Source: an uncultured Nitrososphaeraceae archaeon (lineage in GTDB: Archaea; Thermoproteota; Nitrososphaeria; Nitrososphaerales; Nitrososphaeraceae). Taken from it: DNA of 64,000 nucleotides. Shown piece after piece: positions 13,250 to 24,025 of this stretch. The translations under genes and the position numbers were made by a program. How positions within the stretch are numbered: the first letter of the stretch is position 1; every line of letters begins with the position of its first letter. The stretch covers positions 5,226-69,225 of the forward strand of contig CAWKJS010000035.1 in assembly GCA_963850055.1 (NCBI GenBank), given 5' to 3'. Under the pieces are notes generated by a model. That model was given only the letters and a program-made list of their open reading frames with translations, made no database searches and had not been told where the DNA came from.

Positions 13250-14722
13250 TTGAATGATACTACTATGACAGGGAGAATTACTACTGAATCTATCGATCGA
13301 GACTTTATGCAAATAAGATATACTGATCTCATAGGCAAGTTTCTCGCAAAATACATTCAAATCGATAAAGATTTGATTCAGGATGTTTTTAGAAAAGGGA
13401 TAGGGTTAGATGGCTCTTCAGTAAATGGTTTCTCAACCATAGATGAGTCTGATATGATGCTGTTTCCTGATAGAAAAACATTAAGAAAAATACCTTTGTC
13501 AAGTTATGAAATAATGACCGTTATTGCCGATGTTTACAACGGATTTGATCAAGGTAGATCTCGAAAAGATCCACGGAGCGTTTCACAAACTCTTGAGGAT
13601 CACCTTGCAGTGAGTCAGATTGCGTGTCAAGTAGGTGCTGAGGTTGAATGCTTTGTATTTGATCAAATAATCTTTGATATGGAAAAGAATAACCCTACAA
13701 GTAATAATGTAAATGGTCGGAATCATGCAAAAGATGTTTCAATCCTATCTTCAGAACAATATGGAATTGGGAAATATCCTATTCGTAAAAAATCAGGATA
13801 TGATGTTCCTACTTTTCAAGACTCTTTGATTGAATTTCGGTTTGAGGTAGCTAATATATTGAAACAATATTATGATATCAATGTCACAAATATGAATCAC
13901 GAAGTGGCTAGTAGTGGCCAGATTGAAATCAATTTTATGCATGATTACTTGACTCAATCCGCCGACAATGTTCAGATTTATAAAGATGTAGTCAGAAATG
14001 TAGCAAAAAAATATAACAAGATCGCAAATTTTATGCCAAAACCAATTTTTGATCCTCTGAACAATGAAAATAGTGATAATGGATCAGGTATGCACGTTAG
14101 CATAAGCTTATGGACAAAATCAGCAAATAAAAATGCCAATTTATTTTACGATGAATCTGATGATTACGCCGAATTGAGCCAAACTGGGCGATACTTCATA
14201 GGCGGTATTTTAGATCATGCTAGATCATTATCTGCAATAGTAACTCCAACCGTAAATTCGTATAAAAGAATTATACCTGGATTTGAGGCACCGGTTTATA
14301 TTGCATGGGCTAGGGGAAATAGATCTGCTGTAGTTAGACTTCCAGTCAATGAAAAAAAGAGTTCGACCTCAAAAAGAATTGAGTACCGAGCCCCCGATCC
14401 TTCCGCAAATCCATATCTTGCTTTCTCTGCCATAGTTGCAGCAGGATTGGACGGAATAAATAGAAAAATTGAACCGGGGAATCCTGTTAGTGAAGACATT
14501 TACAAAATGTCCGACTCAAGGAGGAAGGATCTTGGAATAGGTGTTCTGCCTGGTAGTTTGGAGGAAGCGTTATCTTCGTTGAAAAGTGATTCAAATTATC
14601 TAAACCTTTGTTTTCACCATGATTTGATCAGTACGTATTCGGATCTTAAAAATAAGGAAATAGTGGAAATAGGTAACGATGAATCAGTCATAAATCAATT
14701 CATGTTTTACTATGATGTCTAA
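13250..14722 (+). CDS. glnA: Glutamine synthetase type I
   Basis: DGSS, EVE, HEVA, FMPKP, NGSGMH, NSYKR, GFEAP, NRSA, RIEYRAPD. Confidence 0.95.
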   Translation: MNDTTMTGRITTESIDRDFMQIRYTDLIGKFLAKYIQIDKDLIQDVFRKGIGLDGSSVNGFSTIDESDMMLFPDRKTLRKIPLSSYEIMTVIADVYNGFDQGRSRKDPRSVSQTLEDHLAVSQIACQVGAEVECFVFDQIIFDMEKNNPTSNNVNGRNHAKDVSILSSEQYGIGKYPIRKKSGYDVPTFQDSLIEFRFEVANILKQYYDINVTNMNHEVASSGQIEINFMHDYLTQSADNVQIYKDVVRNVAKKYNKIANFMPKPIFDPLNNENSDNGSGMHVSISLWTKSANKNANLFYDESDDYAELSQTGRYFIGGILDHARSLSAIVTPTVNSYKRIIPGFEAPVYIAWARGNRSAVVRLPVNEKKSSTSKRIEYRAPDPSANPYLAFSAIVAAGLDGINRKIEPGNPVSEDIYKMSDSRRKDLGIGVLPGSLEEALSSLKSDSNYLNLCFHHDLISTYSDLKNKEIVEIGNDESVINQFMFYYDV

Positions 14723-14860
14723 GAATATTATTTCTTGATCAATATCTTTCTTATATTTACTATCTTTACTATCTATAGAATTGAATGCTGATTTTATTGA
14801 TATCTCTACTTAAAATAAGTGGTAAACCCAATTTCTTTCTTGTATTTTATATAAATGGCC

Positions 14861-15079
14861 TCATCTTCTCTGTTCTTTTTTCAATAGGACTACACCGTCA
14901 ATATTATTAGGGTTCATATATACTTCTCCCCTAGTGGCCTCTTTGATACCGACAATAGGTTCATCACATTCCGGACATATTTGAAAATAAACAAAAATAC
15001 TAGCATTTCTCTTATTTTTTCCGACAAGCGTATTACGCATGTTAGAATGAAATTGGCTCTGACATGTGGGACATTCCAT
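14861..15079 (-). CDS. Small zinc-binding hypothetical protein
   Basis: CPTC..CPEC; start moved to MECPTC (ORF track starts at 15202). Confidence 0.55.
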   Translation of the reverse strand: MECPTCQSQFHSNMRNTLVGKNKRNASIFVYFQICPECDEPIVGIKEATRGEVYMNPNNIDGVVLLKKEQRR

Positions 15080-15363
15080 ACTAGTATTTTGATTTGAATT
15101 GTATATGTACTTTAACATGCCCAAAAATAATTTAGTATTTGATTCATTAGTGACATTATTAAATATACGTTCAACTAGATTCTTTACTTTTTTCCCTAAC
15201 ACATACTAAGCTTCTGAACCTCGTCTGGGCAACCTATTGTAGTTTCAGAATTATATGGGGTATATTACTGTATAAAAAGGATTATGAGAAAAAATATCCA
15301 CATGACTGGATACTTGCTTTCATTCAGTATCTAAAAATTTATATGTATAAAGTGACTAGGCGG

Positions 15364-15423
15364 ATGATGGTAATCAAAGGTTTGACCCTGAAAAAACTAT
15401 GTCTGACTACTACACTATGCTGA
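15364..15423 (+). ncRNA. Possible C/D box sRNA
   Basis: ATGATGG (C-like) .. CTGA 15388-15391 .. CTGA 15420-15423 over 60 nt; TTTATA at 15338. Confidence 0.35.
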
Positions 15424-15595
15424 GAATTTTAGAATCAGCGATATGATTAATAAGGTAAATTGAATGTACTATCTTTTAAAAACCGTTCTAGTTACCAAAT
15501 TTTGTCTTACTTCCTAATATCGGTTTGAAATTTCTGTTTTTGATCGATTGTTTATCCGAACAGTAATAATACGTCAATCCATGGTTTACTTGTGT

Positions 15596-16879
15596 ATGTC
15601 TTCATTCAAGCAAGTATTTTCTCTTCCTGTTACCTCCATAATACTTGCTAGGATCATATATGCTGTAAATTGGTTTAATATTTCTTCTATTTTTTATCTC
15701 ATCTTAAATGATTTTAAACAGGATGTTTCGATGCTGGGATTGGTAACTTCTGGATTTCTAATAGGGATTGGCCTTTTTCAGATTCCAGCTGGGATACTGT
15801 CGGCAAAATACGATGCAAAATTTATGATATTTTTTGGAACAATGTTGTTGTCTGTGTCTTCTCTTCTTTCAGGGTTAAGTTCGGAGTTGTATCAAATGGT
15901 AATTCTAAGATTCCTCGTAGGAGTTGGGATGGCGTTTTTCTTTGGTCCTAGCGTTATTCTCATTTCAAAATATTTGGGGAAAGGATCAGATGGGCTAGGT
16001 GTTGGAATTTTAAATTCCGCCCATTCATTGGGTGGGATTATTGGAATATTTGGCTGGATCATCATTGCGGAGGCTATTGGTTGGAGGACAAGTCTAGTAA
16101 TCAGTGGAATTCTGGGTATACTCAGTGGATTGTTCTTGCTATATTCTCTACAGATAAAAAATTATGACAGCGCCAATAATTTATCTGATAATTCTTTTCA
16201 GGAAAAGGTTTCCATTTTTTTTAGATTCTTTGATCTGAACAAAGAAACCCGCAATCAAAAGTCTAAATTCACAATCAATTTTGATGCCCTCAAATCTATC
16301 ATGTTGAGTAAACAAATGATTTATGTAGGATTATCATTGCTTGGATTTCAAATAGCCTGGAATTTAATCTCTACTTTTATCATTCTATTTCTTAGAGACG
16401 AACTTGATATTACTTCTTCAATTGCGGGTCTAATTGGGGGATCAACCTTGATAGTGAATGTTATATTTGCTCCTATTATTGGTAGAATTTATGATAAATT
16501 AACTCGAAAAAATAATTTCAATAATGATATATTATTGTTGTTAATATGTGGATTAGTTATTTCAGTAAATATCATTTGTTTTTCATTGCTTAATATTTAT
16601 CTCTTGATACCTTCAATAATGATAATTGGAATTTTTGCATCAGGAGGATTTGTAATTCCGTATGCATTGGCAAGGAGATTAGCCTTGGAGAAACTTGGTT
16701 TGCCTAAATATGAAATTCTTGCTGTTAGTTTTGTTAATGGATTATCTTTACTTGGAGCTTTTTGGGTTCCATTTGTATTCTCTATCATGGTAAAATCATT
16801 TGGTTATTCTTTGGCATGGTTATTTGGTGGATTATTGGTTTTAGTTTTCATACTTCCTATCATAAAACTCCGAAGCTAA
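15596..16879 (+). CDS. MFS transporter
   Basis: About 12 TM helices, AGILSAKY motif A, LRFLVGVG; start may be as early as 15548. Confidence 0.88.
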   Translation: MSSFKQVFSLPVTSIILARIIYAVNWFNISSIFYLILNDFKQDVSMLGLVTSGFLIGIGLFQIPAGILSAKYDAKFMIFFGTMLLSVSSLLSGLSSELYQMVILRFLVGVGMAFFFGPSVILISKYLGKGSDGLGVGILNSAHSLGGIIGIFGWIIIAEAIGWRTSLVISGILGILSGLFLLYSLQIKNYDSANNLSDNSFQEKVSIFFRFFDLNKETRNQKSKFTINFDALKSIMLSKQMIYVGLSLLGFQIAWNLISTFIILFLRDELDITSSIAGLIGGSTLIVNVIFAPIIGRIYDKLTRKNNFNNDILLLLICGLVISVNIICFSLLNIYLLIPSIMIIGIFASGGFVIPYALARRLALEKLGLPKYEILAVSFVNGLSLLGAFWVPFVFSIMVKSFGYSLAWLFGGLLVLVFILPIIKLRS

Positions 16880-17027
16880 AGTAATTATCATTCTAGTTTC
16901 GAGTTATTCTTATCAAACTAGAAGCCTTTTGTGATAATGGGTGAGTTTTTATTGACTATTGTCTATTATTTATCTAGAAACCTTCTATCCTTTGATCACG
17001 CATTAAACAATTTGGATCTTCCATTTC

Positions 17028-17420
17028 TCAAGTTATATCTGTGATGTATCTTCCAGGACTTGATGAATTATCTAATACTGTTGGAATATTTTTGTTTAGA
17101 AATATTCTATATCCTAACTTGTCGATCGTAGAATTCATGTTAGAAACATCTCGAAGTGATTTCTTTTCTAGATATGCAAAATCCTTCTCACAGTTAATAT
17201 TTAGATCGCTATTTTCTTTAAAATATTTATTCTTGACAAAATTCAATACATCACTCCATGTATATGCCTTTATTCTTTCTATTGGTTCCCTAGATTCAGG
17301 AACGGTTGTCTCGTTGTTGTATTCAAAAACTTCAAAGTAGTCAATTGACTTTTTACACTCTCCACAGTAAGTCTTCTTACTAACTTGTCTACATTTTTCA
17401 CATTGTAATATTATGGCCAT
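17028..17420 (-). CDS. Hypothetical protein with N-terminal zinc ribbon
   Basis: CEKC..CGEC; ATG start. Confidence 0.6.
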   Translation of the reverse strand: MAIILQCEKCRQVSKKTYCGECKKSIDYFEVFEYNNETTVPESREPIERIKAYTWSDVLNFVKNKYFKENSDLNINCEKDFAYLEKKSLRDVSNMNSTIDKLGYRIFLNKNIPTVLDNSSSPGRYITDIT

Positions 17421-17816
17421 ATCAGAATATTATCAGATCATGAGCATGTTTATTAAATACTTACAAATGTGCTATCCTTAGCCACAAGAATAGACAAGTA
17501 TTATTTTACATTGCAAACTAATAATTTCCCATTTCTATTATCTATATTTCTAATTGTAAATCAAAGCCAAAAGGATTGGCAATATCATCTAAAATAAAGC
17601 CGAGCTCAAACTGGGGGAATGCCAAGAGTTGTGAAACATATTCATTCAGGTCCCTTGATGATTCATCTTGAACTAACAAATAGTATTAATCCCAAAAGAT
17701 CTGGGTCTCCCAAAAATTTAGTACTCTCGCTCTGTTGTGATTTCCCAAAATTTTCGATTGGAAGACAACTAATTCACTAATTCTTGTCTTATATTTCTAG
17801 TAGTGCCATATTCTTA

Positions 17817-19091
17817 TTAGGACGTCCCGAAATAATCGGATATTCTGCTATGACTCTTTCTGGCTTTAACTAAACTGCTATTTCCAATCCATTCATTTTT
17901 TGATATGGTTAAGTTATTACAAGCGAAAGATAATGCCATGTCCAGGGTATCAAACTTGTTGCAGTTCGTTCTCAACGCCTCTCTTATTCCCTCTCTTATT
18001 TGCCAGACTCCGACAGGGAGAATGTATTCTGGATGTATTTCTCTAAGGACTATTACCGATGAACTTCTTTTTTGGGAATGCAGAAATTCAATGACAGCTA
18101 GCCTAGCAGCAAAATAAGATCCCCCTATTTTTGGATAATTTTTTAGACCACTTGAATCCTCGAAATCTGTTTCTATCTTTACAGCTCCTTTTTTGTCTAT
18201 CCATGCTTCATGCATTTCAAAACTCCATAATTCATCTGGGATTAAGACAATGGAATAATAATTTCCCATGTGCACGTACTTGTAGATCCTGGTCCGATCG
18301 AGTGGTTGAAAGGCATTAGTTTTTTTTATTAAGTCAGATGAAATTATTTGATCAATTGCAGAGATGCTCCATTTGGTCGGTACGAGTCTTCTATTTTTTT
18401 TTATTCCAATCATTCCTAAACTTAGGATTTTACTAATTTTACTTATCTCAATTCCTTCTTCATATAAATAGTTGATTGCCTCTATGGCTCTAAAATCAAT
18501 ATCATAAAATGCTTTTTCAATTTTCTTGTTACTAGAAATGTCTGAGGGTAGTTTCAAACTCTCTAATTCCGATACCATGCCGAACTGGATCGCGTCTGAA
18601 TCGGATGCCGTCCTTGATGAGATTTCTTCCAAATTCAATTTGGGTTTTCTCTCAAATGCGACCTCTATTTCAGTGGATCTAGTTGCCATAGTTAATTCCT
18701 GAAGAGATTGAATATAGCGATCAGCATTCAAATTTGTTTTTACATGTGTTGAATGTGTGCCTCTGATTAGAGATAGTTTGTATCTTATTATATCTTCAAT
18801 GGACTTCCCTGCCCATTTTTCGGGGTGATCCAGTATAGCTGAATCGGTTTGCAATGGAGAAAATAGCGGTCCTACTTTTACTTTTGGATATGCATAACTG
18901 CTAACGAACACGGAGGGTGGAGATCCACCTGATATTTCTTCTGAAAGATTATTAAAGTTCGATCTTAAGATCTGTTCCCAACCTTCTGTTATACGTTTTT
19001 TTATCTCCTCGGTGTTCCTGCCATACATTGCAAATTGAATCTGTTTGTTAATGATCTTATTTGAATTTACATCCTGCGATGATGGTACCAA
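17817..19091 (-). CDS. nreA: Nre-family archaeal DNA repair protein
   Basis: GSPPSVFV..YPKV.VGP, RRLVPTKWSISAID, YFAARLAV, PVGVWQIRE; C-terminal PIP-like HSRISDYF. Confidence 0.88.
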   Translation of the reverse strand: MVPSSQDVNSNKIINKQIQFAMYGRNTEEIKKRITEGWEQILRSNFNNLSEEISGGSPPSVFVSSYAYPKVKVGPLFSPLQTDSAILDHPEKWAGKSIEDIIRYKLSLIRGTHSTHVKTNLNADRYIQSLQELTMATRSTEIEVAFERKPKLNLEEISSRTASDSDAIQFGMVSELESLKLPSDISSNKKIEKAFYDIDFRAIEAINYLYEEGIEISKISKILSLGMIGIKKNRRLVPTKWSISAIDQIISSDLIKKTNAFQPLDRTRIYKYVHMGNYYSIVLIPDELWSFEMHEAWIDKKGAVKIETDFEDSSGLKNYPKIGGSYFAARLAVIEFLHSQKRSSSVIVLREIHPEYILPVGVWQIREGIREALRTNCNKFDTLDMALSFACNNLTISKNEWIGNSSLVKARKSHSRISDYFGTS

Positions 19092-19163
19092 AGATTGATG
19101 GATTAGGAAATTTGGTTAAAATTTATGAGGAGACCGTTTTGATGTAATTTGAGAGCAATTTTA

Positions 19164-21053
19164 TTATTTCAATTTTTTGAGTAATTCAGGTACAGGTAAC
19201 GTGTTTAGAATATCGTTTCTTCCTGACCATCCTCTTCTTGCTTGTGCTATACCGAATTCCAAAAATGCATAATGCAGGGGGTGATGAGCATCCGAATCTA
19301 CAACCAATTTAACATCATTCTGTATAGCTGTTCTTATGTATTCATCACGTAAATCTAACCTGTTATAATGAGAATCAATTTCCAGAACTGTGTTAGTTTC
19401 GTTTGCAATTGTTATTAATTTCGGGATATCCACAGGATAGCCATCTCTTTTATTAATGATTCTGCCTGTTGGATGAAAGATAATATCTACACTCGGATTT
19501 TGGGCTGCTTTAATTAACCTATTTGTTTGTACTTCTATTGGTTGAGAAAAATTAGAATGAATTGCAGCACCTACTATGTCTAATTTATCCAAAATGTTGT
19601 TTGGAATGTCTAATGAACCGTCGCTAAGGATGTTCACTTCTGCTGAAGAAAGTATTCTAAAGTCACTCAAATTCCTTTCCCTTTTTCTCCTCTTCTTTTC
19701 GTTGTTGCTTGTTTTCCTTTCTGACGGTTTTTCTTCATTATGTTTATTTAGATCCACAAAGAAAGTACCGCTTTTTATTGAATCATTAAATTCTTGAATC
19801 TTATGTGCTTGGTCTAGTAGCTGTTGTTCATCTAATCCCCTAGCGATTCTTAGGCTTTTTGTGTGATCTGTGATGGCGATATAGTCAAGATCAAAATCCG
19901 TCATTGCAAAATATGCCATTTCTTCTATTGACATTTTCCCGTCCGTATTGTTTGAATGTACTTGGAGATCTCCTTTTATATCACAGTATTTTATCAATTC
20001 TTTCATTTTTTCCTGCCATTCCTTTGACCCTTTCCTTGCCATCTCGATTTCTCCAGTGTTTTCCCTCATTTCTGGGGGGATCCATTCCAATCCTAATTCA
20101 TTGTATAACTGTTTTTCTGATTCGCCAGAAATTTTTTGATCGGATTTAATATCAAATAATCCCCATTCATTTAAGCGGAGTGCCTTGGATTGTGCCAATC
20201 TTCGCAATGCTATTCCGTGTTCCTTACTTCCCGTAAAATATTGCAATGCTGCTCCATAACTTTCTTTAGGAACGACCAATAAATCGGAATCTAATCCATT
20301 ATTAAATCTAATAAATGCTTTAGTACCACCTTTGCTTAGAATTTCTTTAACCTCGGACATATTTACGAATGAATTGATTACTTTATCTGGATTGTCTGAA
20401 ACTACTAGAAAATCGATATCACCTATGGTTTCCTTCATTCTTCTAAAGGATCCTACTGGTGTTACAGTAGAAACATTTTCCAAATTTGTTAAATATGTTT
20501 CTATTTGCTTTACCAATGGATAAATATCTCCAAGTAGATGTCTTTTTTTGCCTATGTTGTGTAATACAATTATCTTGAGTATTCTTTCTTCTTTTTTCTT
20601 AGAAATTCCTGTAATCCCGTTCAACTTTCCTTCTTTAGCGGCCCTTTCTAAATCACTGAGATTTCTCACGGGTAACCTGTCAATTATTACTCTCAAAGTT
20701 TTCGGACCTATTCCTTCTAAGCCTATGAAATCATCTATCTTTATGGGGTATTTCGATTTTAGTATTTCGTAATATTCAATCTTGCCTGTTTTAATATATT
20801 CTTCTATTTTTGAGGAGATTGCTTTACCAATAGAGGGAATTTGTAATAATCCATTAATTCCTCGTTCTTCATACAGAGAGGTAATACTTTGTGGAAGGTT
20901 ATCAATTTGATCAGCTGCTCTAATATATGCTCTATTTTTGAAATTCAAATTAGTTTTGTTATCATTATTATCATTATCCAACTCCAGTAGAAATGAAATC
21001 TTACGAAGGATGTCTGATATCTCAGCGTTTGTAAGTTTCACACTATAATTCAT
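19164..21053 (-). CDS. polX: DNA polymerase X with C-terminal PHP domain
   Basis: GSFRR..GDIDFL, YFTGSKEH, HhH motifs, PHP motifs TDH, HPTGR, DSDAH; likely start MNYSVK. Confidence 0.92.
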   Translation of the reverse strand: MNYSVKLTNAEISDILRKISFLLELDNDNNDNKTNLNFKNRAYIRAADQIDNLPQSITSLYEERGINGLLQIPSIGKAISSKIEEYIKTGKIEYYEILKSKYPIKIDDFIGLEGIGPKTLRVIIDRLPVRNLSDLERAAKEGKLNGITGISKKKEERILKIIVLHNIGKKRHLLGDIYPLVKQIETYLTNLENVSTVTPVGSFRRMKETIGDIDFLVVSDNPDKVINSFVNMSEVKEILSKGGTKAFIRFNNGLDSDLLVVPKESYGAALQYFTGSKEHGIALRRLAQSKALRLNEWGLFDIKSDQKISGESEKQLYNELGLEWIPPEMRENTGEIEMARKGSKEWQEKMKELIKYCDIKGDLQVHSNNTDGKMSIEEMAYFAMTDFDLDYIAITDHTKSLRIARGLDEQQLLDQAHKIQEFNDSIKSGTFFVDLNKHNEEKPSERKTSNNEKKRRKRERNLSDFRILSSAEVNILSDGSLDIPNNILDKLDIVGAAIHSNFSQPIEVQTNRLIKAAQNPSVDIIFHPTGRIINKRDGYPVDIPKLITIANETNTVLEIDSHYNRLDLRDEYIRTAIQNDVKLVVDSDAHHPLHYAFLEFGIAQARRGWSGRNDILNTLPVPELLKKLK

Positions 21054-21348
21054 TCTCGGGTGTTCATTAATTTTCTTACTGATTTGTTTTGGTGATTGGG
21101 TTGATGCTTGAAAGGGGGTGAAATAGCAGACACCATAAATCAAGATATTTCATTTATTTATTTGGCAGCGTTGAATTTTTTTACATCATGCAAATAGATC
21201 AAAAAATTATATCATTAAAAGATAATATTTATGATATTTATAGATATTACTAAAAGATATGTAGATCATGTATAAGTAAAGTAATAAATATTGAAAGTTT
21301 ATTACAAAATATATATATTTAGTTGGATTTATTACAAAAGAATTAGCG

Positions 21349-21507
21349 ATGTTAGTCGAATCCTTAACCATTGGGATAATCTTAGGGGTATGTGGACTTG
21401 TGACTTGGTTAGTAAAGAATAAGTTTCAACCAGAAATTGAGCGTGATATACAAGAACGTGAGCAAAAGACTTTGAAATATGCTCGAGAAATACGAAAAGA
21501 CCCGTAG
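21349..21507 (+). CDS. 52-aa single-TM microprotein
   Basis: MLVESLTIGIILGVCGLVTWLVKNKFQPEIERDIQEREQKTLKYAREIRKDP*; AT-rich TATA-like stretch upstream; below ORF-track cutoff. Confidence 0.55.
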   Translation: MLVESLTIGIILGVCGLVTWLVKNKFQPEIERDIQEREQKTLKYAREIRKDP

Positions 21508-21559
21508 AAATATTGCTTTTTTATTACACTACACTTGTACATTCTGGGATTATTGAATA

Positions 21560-22087
21560 TCAATCCATGGTTAAAATTTTTTTGGCCTGATTTAGCTTTT
21601 CAAATAATTCTTTGATGAACAAATCGGCAAACTTGTCAAAATCAATAGTTCCAAATTGCTTCTTATATTCTTCTTTGCGTTTATCATACTCGTCTTCAAG
21701 CCATAGAAAATCTGCTTCTTTTAATCTTACAATGAATCTATTAGTTTTAGCTTTGGATTCAAATACATTTATCATAAAAATTCCTGCGAATTGTGTAAAA
21801 TTTTTTAATTTATATTTTCTCATATATTCCTCTCTATGAATTTCATAGTTTTCTTTTAACCATGTTTTTACATCCATCCTAATTGTCAACGAGGTGTAGA
21901 CTCCTGAAAAATCTAGTTTCAGGTTATGCATTTCAACCGAATAATGCCCACGTTTGATTTCATTCATCATAATTATTAGGGCACTTGGAAGAAACATTCC
22001 TGGGTAATATTCATCTGTAGAGTTCTGCAGTTTGCTTAGTATAGATGGTTTTAGCCCAATCGTTGCATATCCCTTAGTAGGCATCAT
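21560..22087 (-). CDS. Hypothetical protein, possibly tandem ribbon-helix-helix-like repeats
   Basis: Three strand-helix-helix-like units (YATIGLK.., YTSLTIR.., FIVRLKE..). Confidence 0.65.
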   Translation of the reverse strand: MMPTKGYATIGLKPSILSKLQNSTDEYYPGMFLPSALIIMMNEIKRGHYSVEMHNLKLDFSGVYTSLTIRMDVKTWLKENYEIHREEYMRKYKLKNFTQFAGIFMINVFESKAKTNRFIVRLKEADFLWLEDEYDKRKEEYKKQFGTIDFDKFADLFIKELFEKLNQAKKILTMD

Positions 22088-22151
22088 TTTTATTCACTTT
22101 GGTATGCTTATTAACTTATTTTGAAAGAGGTTGAAAAAATAAAATAGTGAA

Positions 22152-23678
22152 TTATTTTTCGCTAGGTGGCGGTACATAATTCTTCAGGTCTTCACCATTG
22201 ACAACATCTTCCTCAGGCGGTACATAGTTCACAACTCCATATCGCTTGAATCCTGGATCCTTCTTCTGAGTAAGCAATGCCACGATTATGAAAAGTACAA
22301 ACGATACTATGGGTGGTATAAAAGTATCTATTCCTGCATACTCTGGTGGAGTAATATAATACAATACCAATCTTAGGGTAGACCCTACCAAAATTGATGC
22401 GATCGCAGCCGGCCAGTTTGCCTTCTTCCAAAACAGGCCTAATGTAAGTGGCGCCCATAACCCTGCAAATACTATATCAAATGCGAGTATTAAATAAATT
22501 CCTGGACGAGGGATTGCTGCTCCGAGGAGAAGCCCTGATAACATTACTGGTATCGTTACACAACGAGTTAATATAAGCAACTTTTTATCCTCTATTCCAG
22601 CTTTTTTGAACAATGATCTAAGGATATCTCTTTGAATCAGGTTTCTCGCTATAACACTTGAGATCGCAAGAAGACCCCCGTTAGCAGTTGACATAGACGC
22701 ACCTAAAACTCCCATTAGTAAAGCAGCTCCTATTGGAAACGGAAGTAGGTTGATAGCAAGTAAAGGATACACTGTGTACGGATCTTCTATGTCTGGTAAC
22801 ATGTATAGCGCGATTATCCCCATCATGCTAGTCGGTACAATAATTGAAATTGTCAAAATTCCAGCCATGAATGCACCTCTTCGAGCTGTCTTTCCGTCTC
22901 TTGCTGAAAATACTCTTTCCATAAAATCAAGTGCTACTACATCACCAAGACCCAATGCTATGATTCCTGCCCAGTTTACCAAAGCCCCGTTCTTAGGATC
23001 AGTTAGCCCGGATAAATCTAAATAGCTCTCTGGCGTGGCAGACAGAATAGTTCCTAAATCCACGCCTCCGAATCCAAAGGCAAAATACAGAAATGCAGCC
23101 CAGAATGCTCCGATAGTTAAGTAAACCTGGAAAATATCTGTGTATGCAGAAGAAAATAACCCACCCGCAAACGTATATACCAAAACCGCCAATGAAACAA
23201 TTAGCATACCCCAGAAAAGTGGAATGTGCAAAACGGTCGACAGTATAAATCCCCCTGCTGCAAAATTTCCTGCAACTAATATTATGAAACTTAAAGACAA
23301 AAGTATGGATGACATTCCCTCTGCACCAACACCATATCTTCTATAATAAAAATCTGGAAGGGTAAGCATGGACATTTTGTTCACCCTTTTTGCATAGAAA
23401 ATTCCTGTTATTATTAAACAAGTTGCCAATCCAATTGGTATTGCAGCTCCAGCCCAAAAACCAAATTGATAAACTAGTGCCACGTTCCCCAAGGAAGAGT
23501 TGCCATCTATTGATTGAGCTGAAAGCATTGTTCCAACAAATATTAACGGTAAGCTCTTTCCTGCAACCATATATCTTTTGCTACTTTTTTTTACCATCAT
23601 GGAAGTTAATACTCCTACAGACAAGACCAGTCCCATAAACGAGAGGACTGCTATACCATAAGCATCTATGAAAACCAA
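22152..23678 (-). CDS. Sodium:solute symporter (SSS) family transporter
   Basis: YMVAGKSLP, TLPDFYYRRYG, GGLFSSAYTDIFQ, ASMSTA; about 13 TM. Confidence 0.92.
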   Translation of the reverse strand: MVFIDAYGIAVLSFMGLVLSVGVLTSMMVKKSSKRYMVAGKSLPLIFVGTMLSAQSIDGNSSLGNVALVYQFGFWAGAAIPIGLATCLIITGIFYAKRVNKMSMLTLPDFYYRRYGVGAEGMSSILLSLSFIILVAGNFAAGGFILSTVLHIPLFWGMLIVSLAVLVYTFAGGLFSSAYTDIFQVYLTIGAFWAAFLYFAFGFGGVDLGTILSATPESYLDLSGLTDPKNGALVNWAGIIALGLGDVVALDFMERVFSARDGKTARRGAFMAGILTISIIVPTSMMGIIALYMLPDIEDPYTVYPLLAINLLPFPIGAALLMGVLGASMSTANGGLLAISSVIARNLIQRDILRSLFKKAGIEDKKLLILTRCVTIPVMLSGLLLGAAIPRPGIYLILAFDIVFAGLWAPLTLGLFWKKANWPAAIASILVGSTLRLVLYYITPPEYAGIDTFIPPIVSFVLFIIVALLTQKKDPGFKRYGVVNYVPPEEDVVNGEDLKNYVPPPSEK

Positions 23679-23894
23679 TGTTATTGGTAGTTAGTTAGTA
23701 AATATATAAATATTATTAATTTATTGACTACTATTTTTTTTGGTTGCTCTTTTCATAAATAATTTCGGAAACTTTGCTTAAAAAAGTGAAATTTACTGAT
23801 CTGCATATCTGACGCTATATTATTTGACTGGATATTCATTATATATGGTAGTTGTACTCTTAAGATCAATACATAATATGTTATTGCAAGAAAA

Positions 23895-23909
23895 GACGTA
23901 AACTACGTC
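23895..23909. promoter_or_regulatory. Palindromic operator candidate GACGTA-AAC-TACGTC
   Basis: Perfect 6-bp inverted repeat in divergent intergenic region; related copy at 23969-23979. Confidence 0.55.
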
Positions 23910-24025
23910 AAATGTAATAATTGTGAATATTACGCATGATATTTTCGACTGTCGAACTTTTTTTCAAACGTAGTTTACTTAACAATATTTATTAATTATT
24001 CATAGATATAATATTTAGATATTAT

